Of a stretch of 64,000 nt of DNA, positions 1 to 11,824 are shown one piece after another. Location of the stretch: NCBI RefSeq assembly GCF_035084215.1, contig NC_090338.1:5704001-5768000 (forward strand), written 5' to 3'. Every line of letters starts with the position of its first letter. Position 1 is the stretch's first letter. The DNA comes from Heptranchias perlo (lineage: Eukaryota). The notes under the pieces are model-generated. The model had not been told where the DNA came from. It ran no database searches and saw only the letters and a program-made list of their open reading frames with translations. The position numbers were made by a program, and so were the translations under genes.

Positions 1-92
1 GAGGTCTTCAAAGGGTGGGTGGGAGATGGAGAGGTTAGAAATTCCAGAGAGTGGGAATTGGGCAGCTGAAGGAATCGCCGCCAATGCCACAG

Positions 93-100
93 TTAACGAG
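93..100 (-). CDS. CD74: Possible CD74 terminal coding exon (T-R-stop)
   Basis: A (CT)n pyrimidine tract plus ccag|CT CGT TAA is in phase with exon 7 and gives a very short terminal segment, as in human. However, the sequence after the stop is L2-like, so the true last exon may lie outside the window. Confidence 0.25.
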
Positions 101-626
101 CTGGAGAGAGAGAGAGAGAGAGAGATAGTGGCCCCCAACAAAAGGTTCAAAAGGAACCCTGCGAGGTTAGCTTTACGATTCAGGGAGGCCGGAGGACATT
201 TTGAGATCAGACCACCCATTTTGTGACCCGCTACACTTTCTCTCCAACACGGGTGTGAGAAGGTGCAGGTGGCGAACAGGATGCTATGTCCCTGTGTTCG
301 AGCTTCCAATATGTGCTCCCGTTGTGTGAAGCTCTGCTGCAGGAGCATTAAATCCTCTTCACTCAGAGAGTGGTGAGAATGTGGAACTCACTACCACAAG
401 GAGTGGTTGATGCAAATAGCATAGGTGCATTTAAGGGGAAGCTCGATAAACACATGAGGGAGAAAGGAATAGAAGGATATGCTGATAGGGTGAGATGGAG
501 AAGGGTGGGAGGAGGATCGTGTGGAGCATAAACGCCAGCATAGACCTGTTGGGCCGAATGGCCTGTTCCTGAGCTGTACATTCTATGCAAATTGATGAAC
601 TTGTTAAATCTCCACCAGTTACTTAC

Positions 627-671
627 TTGCCCCCACGCCAGAGATGTTCGGCTCTTCTGCCTGCCTGTAGT
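627..671 (-). CDS. CD74: CD74 exon 7
   Basis: ttcaatcctcag|AC TAC AGG...GCA A|gtaagt; 45 nt, phase 1-1. Reads (N/D)YRQAEEPNISGVGA (cf. human ELEDPSSGLGV), retaining the Ser-Gly glycosaminoglycan site. Confidence 0.82.
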
Positions 672-893
672 CTGAGGATTGAAAGAAACCACAATTGAAG
701 GTGGGAGACAAACTAATATTGTAATTAAGAAAGATAATTTATTAAAGCTTCAATTAAATCCAGTCAGGTGCATTACTGGTACACCATGCATTCAATCACT
801 GAACAGCAGAGGATGGATTAATGAATATTTTGAACTTGATTTCTTTTAGGGATCAGGGAAAATTTATATATAATTTTCCCTCACTGTGTGAGT

Positions 894-1168
894 AGAGTCT
901 ATGATAGGGGAGAGTGTACACGGGCTGTGGGAGGAGATTAAATGGGTGGGTAGAGTCCATGATAGGGGAGAGTGTACATGGGCTGTGGGAGGAGATTAAA
1001 TGGTTGGGGAGAGTCCATGATAGGGGAGAGTGTACTTGGGCTGTGGGAGGAGATTAAATGAGTGGGGAGAGTCCATGATAGGGGAGAGTGTACATGGGCT
1101 GTGGGAGGAGATTAAATGGGGGGTAGAGTCCATGATAGGGGAGAGTGTACATGGGCTGTGGGAGGAGA
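894..1168. repeat. Minisatellite, ~58-59 bp unit, ~4.7 copies
   Basis: Repeated agagtccatgataggggagagtgtacatgggctgtgggaggagattaaatg. Confidence 0.92.
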
Positions 1169-1429
1169 AGGAATGAAGGGCTGGATGGGCTTTCCTCATT
1201 CCATTCTTTATTCTGTTCTTTTGGTAATATATGTACTTGTGCAACAGTCCTCCCTGGTGTGGTGGGCAGAGTATTACACTGCCGAGTGATTGCGGAGTGT
1301 CCAGTCTATAGAATGTAGCACAAGGGGGCAGTGGCTCTCACCCATGAATCTCTGCAGGCAAAACTGCTTTTCAATATGACAGAGTGGTTTCACTTATACT
1401 GAGGAGTGTGGATTAGGAATTACTGCCTT

Positions 1430-2420
1430 AGAAACAGTTTCTCCTTATTTACTCTATCAAAACCCTTCATGATTTTGTTCACCTCTATCAAATCTCCCCT
1501 TAACCTTCTCTGCTCTAAGGAGAACAATCTCAGCTTCTCCAGTCTCTCCACATAACTGAAGTCCCTCATCCCTGGTGTTAATTGTATGATTTATATCAAT
1601 TAGTGTTGATTGTATTCAGGTGGTGGGTAACAATTGGGGACTCTCTGGTAACCATTTACATGAGAGTTTATCTAGAGTGTGGTGTGTGTAATGTTGATCT
1701 CTGTGAATAAAGGCTCGGAAGCAACTGAAGACCAGGCTCTGGTATTCCATCCTTCACCCCCGGGCTATCCAGTTTATAACACCTGGAACCATTCTAGTAA
1801 ATCTCTTCTGCACCCTCTCTAAGGCCTTGAAATCCTTCCTGAAGTGTGGTGCCCAGAATTGAACACAATACTCCAGCTGAGGCCTAACCAGTGATTTATA
1901 AAGGTTTAGTGTAACTTCCTTGCTTTTGTACTCTCTGCCTCTATTAATAAAGCCCAGAATACCATATGCTTTTTTAACCGCTTTCTTAACTTGTCCTGCC
2001 ACCTTCAAAGATTTGTGTACATACACCCCCAGGTCTCTCTGTTCCTGCACTCCATTTAAAATTGTACCATTTAGTTTATTTTGCCTCTCCTCATTCTTCC
2101 TACCAAAATGTATCACTTCATACTTCTCTGCATTAAATTTCATCTGCCGTGTGTCTGCCCATTTCACCAGTCTGTCTCTGTCCTCCTGAAGTCTGTTACT
2201 ATCCTCCACATTGTTTACTGCAAACTTTGAAATTATACCCTCTATACCCAAGTCCAAGTAATTAATCTATATCAGAAAGAGCAGTGGTCCTAATACTGAC
2301 CCCTGGGGAACACCACTGTAAACTTCCCTCCAGTCTGAAAAACAACCGTTCACCACTACTCTCTGCTTTCTGCCCCTTAGCCAATTTTGTATCCACGCTG
2401 CCACTGACCCTTTAATCCCA
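1430..2420 (-). mobile_element. CR1 LINE RT/3' fragment (interrupted by the solo LTR)
   Basis: ORF 1754-2257 with ISKFA..., LVRPQLEYCVQFWAP, ALERVQKRFTRM, typical of the CR1 ORF2 C-terminus. Confidence 0.9.
1576..1781 (+). mobile_element. Solo LTR (206 bp) inserted in a CR1 fragment
   Basis: TGTTA...TAACA termini, internal AATAAA, and 5-bp TSD cctgg (1571-1575 / 1782-1786) duplicating the host CR1 sequence. Confidence 0.8.
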
Positions 2421-2701
2421 AGGGTAGTAGAAATCTGGAACTCTCTCCCCCAAAAGGCTGTGGGCGCTAGGGGTCAATTGGAGCTTTTAAAACTGAGAGC
2501 GAAAGATTTTTGTTGGGTGAGGGTGTGAAGGGATATGGACCAAAGGCGGGTAAATGGGGTTCAGATACAGATCAGCCATGATCTAATTGAATGGCAGAAC
2601 GAGGGGCTGAATGGCCTCCTCCAGTTCCTATGTTCCCATGAAGGGGGTCCTTTTTAACTCACATTTATACTCTCAGGTAGATCAAGAAAACTAAAACATA
2701 C

Positions 2702-2902
2702 TTTCACAGCTGTCCAATGGGTGACGAGTCCGTGTTCCTGGGACCTCAGTTCCGTTCAGGAACATGCACCAGCAATATCCTGTGCTGGGCCAGCACTGCT
2801 TCGCCTTGTAGTTGCCCATCTCGTCGCAACTGGGGCGGTAAACGCCAGGGACAACCTTGATCTCCTTGTGCCTCTTCTCACACTCGGTGTCTTCCTCACG
2901 CA
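2702..2902 (-). CDS. CD74: CD74 exon 6b, thyroglobulin type-1 domain (p41-type cassette exon)
   Basis: cgttcag|TG CGT...GAA A|gtatgt; 201 nt, symmetric phase 1-1. Six Cys in the pattern C...PSCDEMGNY...QC...GYCWC...NGTEVPGT...C, the thyroglobulin type-1 signature. Confidence 0.96.
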
Positions 2903-3504
2903 CTGAACGAGAGGAAGAGAATGATGATGTGGGTCATAATGGTGCTCCCCATAAGCCAGGGCCCTCTGCTTGTAGCCTGCCTTCTGGATTTTAAAATTCT
3001 CATCCTTGTTTTCAAATCCCTCCATTGGACCCCGACCCCCTCCCTATCTCTTTCACCTCCTCCAGCCTCCGAGATTCTCTGCGCTCCTCCAGTTCTGGCC
3101 TCTTGCGCGTCCCTCGGTTTTCATCGCTCCACCATTGGCGGCCGTGCCTTCAGCTGCCTGGGCCCTGAGCTCTGGAGTTCCCTCCCTAAACCTCTCCGCC
3201 TCTCTCTCTCTCTCTCTCTCTCTCCTCCTTTAAGACGCTCCTTAAAACCTATCTCTGTTCCATAGATCGATCACTCGCTCACTGAAATATTGTTTCCACA
3301 GATTAGTTTTGAGCTTCAAGTACAGGCCGTGTTCTCTGGTTCTACTGTTGTGGACAAAGTGATCTGTGTGTGTGTGTGTGTGCGAAGAACCATTCCTAAC
3401 TTTGCCTTTCACCAGTTTGAACCTGTTTGGTCACCCACCCTCCAGTCCCCCCTTGTGCTACAGTCACGGTTTCTCCGTCACCAGCCCAACGGACCACACC
3501 TGGT

Positions 3505-3825
3505 GCTCTCCAATCCTGCGTTTCCTGTGGATTAAACACTGTTGCCATAGTTACCCTCTGACTTAGGCACAACGTCGGCAGCTTTGGCGTGCTTTGATCT
3601 GTCGGATGTGATTGGCTGGTCAACGAGCATTGGACTCAGGGCCATGCTTGAGAATATCCTTCTCCCTGTTGCAAACAGAAGTGACGTGACAGTTTCAAGG
3701 CATGTAACAAGATATCGCAGTGATGCAGTGCTAATAGCGGGGGGGCGTTGGTGCTGACCTGATTTCCCCCCCCCCCACCTTTTAAAAGGGAAATCGCGAC
3801 GGCCACCAGGTAGGAAGTGATGCCC
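3505..3825. promoter_or_regulatory. Candidate intronic enhancer in CD74 (RFX X-box, Y boxes, CRE-like, ETS)
   Basis: GTTGCCATAGTTAC (3541-3554) is a near-palindromic RFX site; ATTGG lies 26 nt downstream on the gene strand (3510-3514). Also GTGATTGGCT (3608-3617), TGACGTGA (~3682) and AGGAAGTG (~3812) in non-repeat, CpG-containing sequence. Confidence 0.4.
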
Positions 3826-4825
3826 GAGCCTAGAGATTGAGTATTGGCAGGGCGAGAGGGGGGTCTCCCAACGATCTCACCCGAGGCCCATACACCTGGA
3901 ATTTGCAGCGAGATCACTGCCCGGCAACTACCTCAGGGTGTCTGGCAGGCTGGGATCCCACCCGCTGCGTGTTGGAGAGAAGCGCGGGAAATTGGACCAC
4001 AGAGGAAGAGTGATAAACGGGCATCTGGGAGATGAGGAGCGTCCTCAGAGGGAAGGAACCCACCATGGATCTGGGAGAGCAGGAGCCATATCGTAGAATC
4101 ATGCAGCACAAAAAAAGATGCCATTCGGCCCATCGTGCCTGTGCCGGCTCTTTGGAAGAGCTGACCAATTAGTCCCACTCCCCCTGCTCTTTCCCCCATA
4201 GTCCTGCAATTTTTTTTCCTTTTCAAGAATTTATCCAATCCAGCAAGATCCCACAAACAGCAATGAGATAATCACCAGATAATCAGTTTTTTTTTTAATG
4301 ATGTTGATCGAGGGATAAATATTGGCCCAGGACACCGGGGACAACTTCCCTGCTCGTCTTCAAAATAGTGCCGTGGGATATTTTACGTCCTCCTGAGGGA
4401 CTACACTTCAAAAGTACTTCACTGGCTGTAAAGCGCTTTGGGACGTCCTGAGGTTGTGAAAGGCGCTGGATAAATGCAAGTCTCTCGTTTTTTTTAACAT
4501 TGATCCCTCAAACCAAAATAGATTACGTGGCCATTTATCTCATTTGCAGTTTGTGGGGCCGTGCCCAATCGGTCACTGCATTTGCCCACATGAGAGCCGT
4601 GACCACACATCAGAAGCGCTTAATTGGCTGTAAAGCGCTGTGGGACGTCCTGAGGACATGAAAGGCGCTACATAAATGCAAGTTCTTTCTGTTTTTCTCC
4701 ATATAGTGAAGATCGACTTGCTCAGTGGGAATCCTTCAGGAGAAGAGGAGTGCGGGGGGGTGGAAAATCGCTGAGGGAAAACGGTCGAGAAAGAGAAAGA
4801 AAAGACTTGTATGACTGATGCGTAC

Positions 4826-4937
4826 CTTTGGGTTGGGGTTGGGGTTGGGTTCTGGGTGCGACGGTGGTCGTTGCCTTCTCCTCCTCCTCCTGTACCAGTT
4901 GGAAGAGCAGCCAGTTCCGGAGCCAAGCTTCAAAGTC
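4826..4937 (-). CDS. CD74: CD74 exon 6 (trimerisation domain end plus extended linker)
   Basis: tttacag|GAC TTT...AAA G|gtacgc; 112 nt, phase 0-1. Reads DFEAWLRNWLLFQLVQEEEEKATTTVAPRTQPQPQPK (cf. human VFESWMHHWLLFEM). Confidence 0.95.
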
Positions 4938-5503
4938 CTGTAAACAACGCAACGAAAGGAAAGAAAATAAAATCGCGCGGTCGGCGTTTGAAGATTTGGA
5001 AAGGTCGGTTTCAAACTGGGCTGTCGGGTCATTTTAAGCTGGAGAATGACATTTATTCTACTTGTTAAGTATTGAAGCATCTCCCCGTATCATGCTCAGA
5101 GTTTGAAAGAGTTTCCTCAGCAAGGTCTTTAAGATTATGAAAGGGTCCATTAGGGTAAACGTAGAGAAAATGTTTCCACTTGTAGGGGAGACCAGAACAT
5201 AAATATAAGATAGTCACCAATAAATCCAATTAAGGAATTCAGGAGAAACCTCTTTACCCAGAAAGTGGTGAGAATGTGGAACTCACAGAGGCGAATAGTA
5301 TAGATGCATTTAAGGGGAAGCTAGATAAACACATGAGGGAGAAAGGAATAGAAGGATATGCTGATAGGGTGAGATGAAGTCGGGGGGGGGAGGAGGCTCA
5401 TGTGGAGCATAAACACCAGCACAGACCAGTTGGGCCGAATGGCCTGTTTCTGTGCTGTGCACTGTAGGTAATTCTCTGTAGTGAAGCATCAGTTAACACT
5501 AAC

Positions 5504-5599
5504 CTGCCAGTCAGATTCCTTCATAGTCTCTCTCAGGGTGTTGAGGTTGGCGGAGAAGGTGTTGTTGAGTTCTGGAATTTCCTTGGTTGTGTTCTCCTT
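5504..5599 (-). CDS. CD74: CD74 exon 5 (trimerisation domain, first part)
   Basis: atggcag|AAG GAG...TGG CAG|gttagt; 96 nt, phase 0-0. Reads KENTTKEIPELNNTFSANLNTLRETMKESDWQ (cf. human ...[22 protein letters not shown]). Confidence 0.93.
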
Positions 5600-5852
5600 C
5601 TGCCATCGAAAGGACAAGAAAATGTCATGGTCGGCAAGAAAACATTCTTACAAAGGTGTAGTCACATCTTTGCTCAATTATTTTAAACCTCCCGCTAAAA
5701 TAAAGTTCGATCCACATTCAGACTGCCTTAAAGTCCAGTGAATGTGTTTTTATTTTCTCTGGAAGAGAAACCTCTGTGAGGGGCTGAGGTCCTCAATACC
5801 ATGGGACGTTTTACTATGTTAAAGTCACGATAAGAAAGCACGTTATTGTTGT

Positions 5853-6455
5853 AGAATCATAGAATCTTACTGCACAGGAGGAGGCCATTCGGCCCATCGT
5901 GCCTGTGCCGGCACTTCGAAAGAGTTGTCCAATTGGTCTCATTCCCCTGCTCTTTCCCCACAGTCCTGCAAATTTTTCCTTTTCAAGTATTTATCCAATT
6001 CCCTTTTGAGAGTTATTATTGAATCTGCTTCCACCGCCCTTTCAGGCAGCGCATTCCAGATCATAACAACTCGCTGCGTAAAAAAAAATTCTCCTCATCT
6101 CCCCTTTGGCTCTTTCGCCAATTATCTTAAATCTGTGTCCTCTGGTTACCGACCCTCCTGCCACTGGAAACAGTTTCTCCTTATTTACACCCTCGCCAAG
6201 GCCTCTATTAAATCTCCCCCTTAACCTTCTCTGCTCTATGGAGAACAATCCCAGCTTCTCCAGTCTCTCCACATAACTGATGTCCCTCATCCCTGGGAAC
6301 ATCCTGGTAAATCTCCTCAGCACCCTCTCCAAGGCCTTGACATCCTTCCTAAAGTGTGGTGCCCAGAATTGGACACAATACTCCAGCTGAGGCCTAACCA
6401 GTGATTTATAAAGGTTTAACATAACCTTGCTTTTGTACTCTGTGCCTCTGTTTAT
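5853..6455 (-). mobile_element. CR1 LINE 3' fragment, adjoining a (TTG)n microsatellite at ~6458-6488
   Basis: RPQLEYCVQFWAPHFRKD motif and 3' UTR ending in ATTCTATG-type repeats. Confidence 0.9.
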
Positions 6456-6456
6456 A

Positions 6457-6487
<31 letters not shown>

Positions 6488-6774
6488 GACACAAAAGATT
6501 GGATGTGGAAGGGGAGATTGAGGGAGGCGAGGACTCCCAAAGTTTGAGGTGGTGGGAAAGAAAGAGCTTGAGGAATCTTGATTTGAACAAAGCAACGACA
6601 CATCAAGAAGGAATAGAGTTTGGTAACTGAGATCAATCACTCGTTGAATGTAAAACTATTTCGTGAGTGTCATTATCATATTTAACTAAATTCTAACTTC
6701 TGTAACTGTCATTACTCCATTATTACTCTTCATATGACTAGTGATTTATTTTATATTTGTACATGGGCCAGAAT

Positions 6775-7730
6775 TTATTGCCCATCCCTAATTGCCCCTT
6801 GAGAAGGTGGTGGTGAGCCGCCTTCTTGAACCGCTGCAGTCCGTGTGGTGAAGGTTCTCCCACAGTGCTGTTAGGAAGGGAGTTCCAGGATTTTGACCCA
6901 GCGATGATGAAGGAACGGCCGATATATTTCCAAGTCGGGATGGTGTGTGACTTGGAGGGGAACGTGCAGATGGTGTTGTTCCCATGTGCCTGCTGCCCTT
7001 GTCCTTCTAGGTGGTAGAGGTCGTGGGTTTGGGAGGTGCTGTCGAAGAAGCCTTGGCGAGTTGCTGCAGTGCATCCTGTGGATGGTACACACTGCAGCCA
7101 CTGTGCACCGGTGGTGAAGGGAGTGAATGTTTAGGGTGGTGGATGGGGTGCCAATCAAGCGGGCTGCTTTGTCCTGGATGGTGTCAAGCTTCTTGAGTGT
7201 TGTTAGAGCTGCACTCATCCAGGCAAGTGGAGAGTATTCCATCACACTCCTGAATTGTGCCTTGTAGATGGTGGAAAGGCTTTGGGGAGTCAGGAGGTGA
7301 GTCACTCGCTGCAGAATACCCAGCCTCTGACCTGCTCTTGTAGCCACAGTATTTATATGGCTGGTCCAGTTCAGTTTCTGGTCAATGGTGACCCCCAGGA
7401 TGTTGATGGTGGGGGATTCGGCGATGGTAATGCCGTTGAATGTCAAAGGGAGGTGGTTAGACTTTCTCTTGTTGGAGATGGTCATTGCCTGGCACTTATC
7501 TGGCGCGAATGTTACTTGCCACTTATCAGCCCAAGCCTGGATGTTGTCCAGGTCTTGCTGCATGCGGGCTCGGACTGCTTCATTATCTGAGGGGTTGCGA
7601 ATGGAACTGAACACTGTGCAGTCATCAGCGAACATCCCCATTTCTGACCTTATGATGGAGGGAAGGTCATTGATGAAGCAGCTGAAGATGGTTGGGCCTA
7701 GGACACTGCCCTGAGGAACTCCTGCAGCAA
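6775..7730 (-). mobile_element. Non-LTR retrotransposon, second CR1/L2-group family ('family B'), 5'-truncated
   Basis: ORF 6871-7641 with RT motif MFADDC; near-identical copies at 25850, 29920 and 33993. Confidence 0.9.
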
Positions 7731-7999
7731 TATTTGAGTATATTCAAGACTGGGATTGATGGATATTTGGACACTAAGGGAATCAAGGGATATGGGGGTA
7801 GGGCTTGAAAGTGGAGTTGAGGTCGAAGATCAGCCATGATCTGATTGAATGGGAGAGCAGGTTCGAGGGGCCGGATGGCCTACTCCTGCTCCCATTTCTA
7901 TGTTCTTATATTCTTGATCTGTGAAGCAGAGAACGTCTGCCCACTTTAGGTCGGGAATGGGCGTCATATGGTCATGAAGGAAGTGGTCTTTCTGATGTC

Positions 8000-8390
8000 A
8001 AGGTATGGTGGGGTAGTGGTTCTGTTAGTAGATTATTTAACCCAGAGGTCTGGATTAATTAATCTGCTTAGATTATGAGTTCATAATCCCACCAGGATAG
8101 TTTGAAATTTTAAATCTGGTTTTAGAAAAAGAAAAGCTGGAAATACAAAGCAGGTTGTCCAGTAAAACTGACCATGAAGCTGTCTGATTGTCGTAAAAAC
8201 CCAACTGGTTCACTAACGTCCCTTTAGGGAAGGAAACCTATCGTCCTTACCCGGTCTGGGTTCCTATGTGTCGCCAGTCCCCACACCAACCTGGTTGGTT
8301 GACTCTAAACTGCCCTGTGAAGTGGCCTAGCGAGCCCCTCAAGTTATAACCAGGGAGGGGCAATAAATGCCACATCCTGAGAATTAATAT
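8000..8390 (+). mobile_element. SINE sharing its 3' tail with LINE family B (related copies ~17280-17560 minus, ~46945-47100 plus)
   Basis: Repeated body (actggttcactaa...gggaaggaaacct...ccttacccggtctg) ending in gggcaataaatgcc, like family B. Confidence 0.6.
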
Positions 8391-8899
8391 TTAAAGCGCT
8401 TTGGGGCGTCCTGAGGTTGCGAAAGGCGCTATATAAATGCAAGTCTTTCTTTCTCTCTTTCGTCTGTTTCCCCTTCCCTTGAGGAGACGCATCAATCTAA
8501 CGAGGACGAACTTCACCCATTGCGGAGAACAGATTAGAGTAACAGGAACCCCCGTCTGACTCAAAAATAGAGCAACCTAGTCATAATGAGCAAGCCACAT
8601 AGAAATATCGCATTTTCATAACTACTAATAAGGTTCAAAAGTAGATTTGAACAAAATGACCACACACGCAATTGCATAAACAACATTATTATACTCTACA
8701 AGGGTCATCACTGCTGGTCTTGTATAGGGCCCTAAACAGTAAGCAGGCTTCATGGGCCCATCCTTTCCCATTCCATGTTTCCTTATTTTTTTTACACCTG
8801 AAACTGTCCATGTCTATCTTGTGATGTCTAGTTTCGATGGTGTTCAAAGGTGGAACAGGCTCAAGGGGCTGACAGGTCTATTCCTGTTCCTAATGGGCT

Positions 8900-9520
8900 A
8901 CAAAAATAGAGGCAGAGAGTACAAAAGCAAGGAAGTTGTGCTAAACCTTAATAAAACACCAGTTAGGCCTCAGCTGGAGTATTGCGTCCAGTTCTGGGCA
9001 CCGCACTTTAGGAAGGATGTCAAGGCCTTAGAGAGGGTGCAGAGGAGATTTACTAGAATGGTACCAGGGATGAGGGACTTCAGTTATGTGGAGAGACTGG
9101 AGAAGCTGGGATTGTTCTCCTTGGAACAGAGAAGGTTAAGGGGAGATTTGATAGAGGTGTTCAAAATCATGAAGGGTTTTGATAGAGTAGATAGGGAGAA
9201 ACTGTTTCCAGTGGCAGGAGGGTCGGTAACCAGAGGACACAGATTTATGGTCATTGGCAAAAGAACCAGAGGGGGAGATGAAGAGAAATTATTTTACACA
9301 GCGAGTTGTTGTGATCTGGAATGCGCTGCCTGAAAGGGCGGTGGAATCAGATTCAATAATAACTTTCAAAAGGGAATTTGGATAAATACTTGAAAAGGAG
9401 AAATTTGCAGGGCTATGGGGGAAAGAACAAGGGAATAGGACTAATTGGATAGCTCTTTCAAAGAGCCGGCACAGGCACGATGGGCCGAATGGCCTCCTTC
9501 TGCGCTGTGTGATTCTATAA
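8900..9520 (+). mobile_element. CR1 LINE 3' fragment
   Basis: ORF 8752-9333 carries CR1 C-terminal motifs. Confidence 0.9.
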
Positions 9521-9549
9521 TAGCTTTAAAAGATTTCCTCCAACGGTAC

Positions 9550-9612
9550 CTTCAGCAGATCCCACACTTGTTCCTGCAAAGTCTTAGGTTTGGCGGGAGT
9601 TGGTTCTGGGGC
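9550..9612 (-). CDS. CD74: CD74 exon 4
   Basis: ctcacag|GCC CCA...CTG AAG|gtaccg; 63 nt, phase 0-0. Reads APEPTPAKPKTLQEQVWDLLK (cf. human ...TEDHVMHLLQ). Not in the ORF track. Confidence 0.88.
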
Positions 9613-9782
9613 CTGTGAGAAAACAATCAAAAAAACAAATTACATTTCTTTTATAGTCGTTACGGGTTATAACGATCGTAAACTGTTCTCAAATCAAGAT
9701 TCATCGCACTGTCATGGTTCGACCCCCACATGGAGTACTGCGTTCAGTTCTGGGCACCGCATCTCAAGAAGGAATATTTTGG

Positions 9783-10230
9783 CTCGCCTCTGAGTCAGAA
9801 GGTTGTGAGTTCAAATCCCACTCTAGAGGCTTGAGCCCATAAGCCCAGGCTGACACTCCCGGTGCGGTGCTGAGGGAGCGCTGCACGGCCGGAGGTGCCG
9901 TCTTGCGGATGGGACGTTAAACCGAGGCCCCGTCTGCCCTCTCAGGTGGATGTAAAACCCACAGCCACTGATTTCGAAGTAGAGCAGGGGGAGTTCTCCC
10001 TGGTGTCCCGGCCAATGTTTATCCCTCAACCAACATCACTAAAAAAAAAACGCAGATTATCTGGTCACAAACTCGTTGCTGTTTGTGGGATCTTGCTGTG
10101 TGCACATTGGCTGCCGCGTTTCCTACATTCCAGCAGTGACTACACGTCAAAAGTACTTCAGTGGCTGTAAATCGCTTTGGGACAATCCTGAGGTCGTGAA
10201 AGACACTTTTTAAATGCAAACTCTTTCTTT
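9783..10230 (+). mobile_element. tRNA-derived Deu-domain SINE (SacSINE1/AmnSINE1-like)
   Basis: tRNA-like head, central ggatgagacgttaaaccgaggcccc...gagcaggggagttctccc domain and L2-like tail. Other copies at ~24018-24450, 28715-29095, 32565-33010, 43345-43780, 45600-45910 and 52955-53430. Confidence 0.8.
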
Positions 10231-11824
10231 TCTTTCCATCTATTTATTCAGTGTGGAGGTGGTTTCGGTCCAATGTCCTCTCACATCCCTCCCAAAAATT
10301 AACACCGACCAAAATTAACTTTGTTGCAATTGCACTTTCTTTATGACACCTGAAAATGGGAGGGAAAGCCCAGAGCTGGTGAAATTAGATCCTCGCAACT
10401 AAGCCGATAAACCACAGGATGTTGGTCCCTCCCACTCCTCAATCAGTGCTTGAACGGGGAGGTTACGTGACAGATTAAAATCGGCCCTTCTCGGGAGAGC
10501 TTTGTACAGTGAGAAAAGGTGTTGCCTGGAAGATTGGCGGTATGATCCCAGCAAATGATGGGACCACTTCAAACACCACCCCGACAAAGTTCCTCCCTGC
10601 CACGCCATTCCTGATCTATGGAGGGTCCAGGCCCCACACCTGCTGGGATCCAGCGGGCATGCCTGGCGATACCAGGTGTACCGTGTAAAACTCCCCTGGT
10701 GATACCAGGTGTGACAGCGCCAATCGTGCACTGAGTCCCAACGAGGAGTCAGACTCCCAACTTAGGGAACGCCCCACCCACCACCAGTGACGGAGATGGG
10801 TTTGGCCAACTGGTGTGTGTGTGTGTGTGGGAGAGGGGGCTCGAGGGGGCGTCGTACTCGAGATTTTTTTTGCCAACTTGGCAGGGAGGAGGACCGAGCT
10901 GGGAACTGGGGCATTGCCGACTTACCCTGGTCCGCAGGCCCGAGTCGGGAGCCACACAGGCCCGCAGGCCCAACCTGGAGACCGAAAACAGGAGGGACAC
11001 AAACTAGGGCTGTATTCCCTGGAATTTAGAAGATTAAAGGGTGATTTCAAGATAGTAAGGGGAACTGATAGGGTAGATAGGGAGAGAAACTGTTTCCGCT
11101 GGTTGGGGAGTCTAGGAGTAGGGGACATAGCCTAAAAATTAGAGGCAGGACTTTCAGGAGTGAAGTTGGGAAACACTTCTACACGCAAAGGGTGGTGGAA
11201 GTTTGGAATTCTCCTCCTCAAATGGCAGTTGACGCTAGCTCAATTGTTAATTTTAAATCTGAGACTGATAGATTTTAGGTAACCAAAAGGTATTAAGGGA
11301 TATGGGGCTAAGGCGGGTATATGGGGTTAGGTCACAGATCAGCCATGATCTCATTGAATGGCGGAACAGGCTCGAGGGGCTGAATGGCCTATTCATGGAG
11401 GTGGTCTACCAAGGCCGCATTGGCCCGACCTCAAAGTGTTTACCCCCAACCCCCCCCCCCCCCCCACCCCGCACTGGCTCCGCCACTGACCCCTAACCCC
11501 TTGGCTATGCTGGTGTCCACCTGTTTTGACTCCACCAAAGTCCCACTGCAACAGACGCCCAATTTCGGGGCCCTTGCAGATAATGTCGTGCTTTATCTCA
11601 TCCTCAGGACATCTTCGTATCCAATGAGTTACTTTTGAAAATCAGTCACTGTCGTAGGCCAAACATGGCAGCCAATTTTACCACACAGCAAGATCCCACC
11701 AACAGTAGATGAGGCGACGAGCCATTTAATCTGTTTTTTGGTAGCGTTTGGTTGAGTGTTTTTTATTCATTCATTCATATAGGAGCAAGTTCTTTCTTTT
11801 CTTTTCTTCTCTCCTGACGATTAC

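Noticed and set aside
894-1168. Regularly spaced direct repeats that could suggest a CRISPR array
   Set aside because: There are no unique spacers and the context is eukaryotic; it is a minisatellite.
6042-6640. ORFs with poly-Q/poly-T/poly-N runs
   Set aside because: These are translations of a (TTG)n microsatellite fused to a CR1 fragment.
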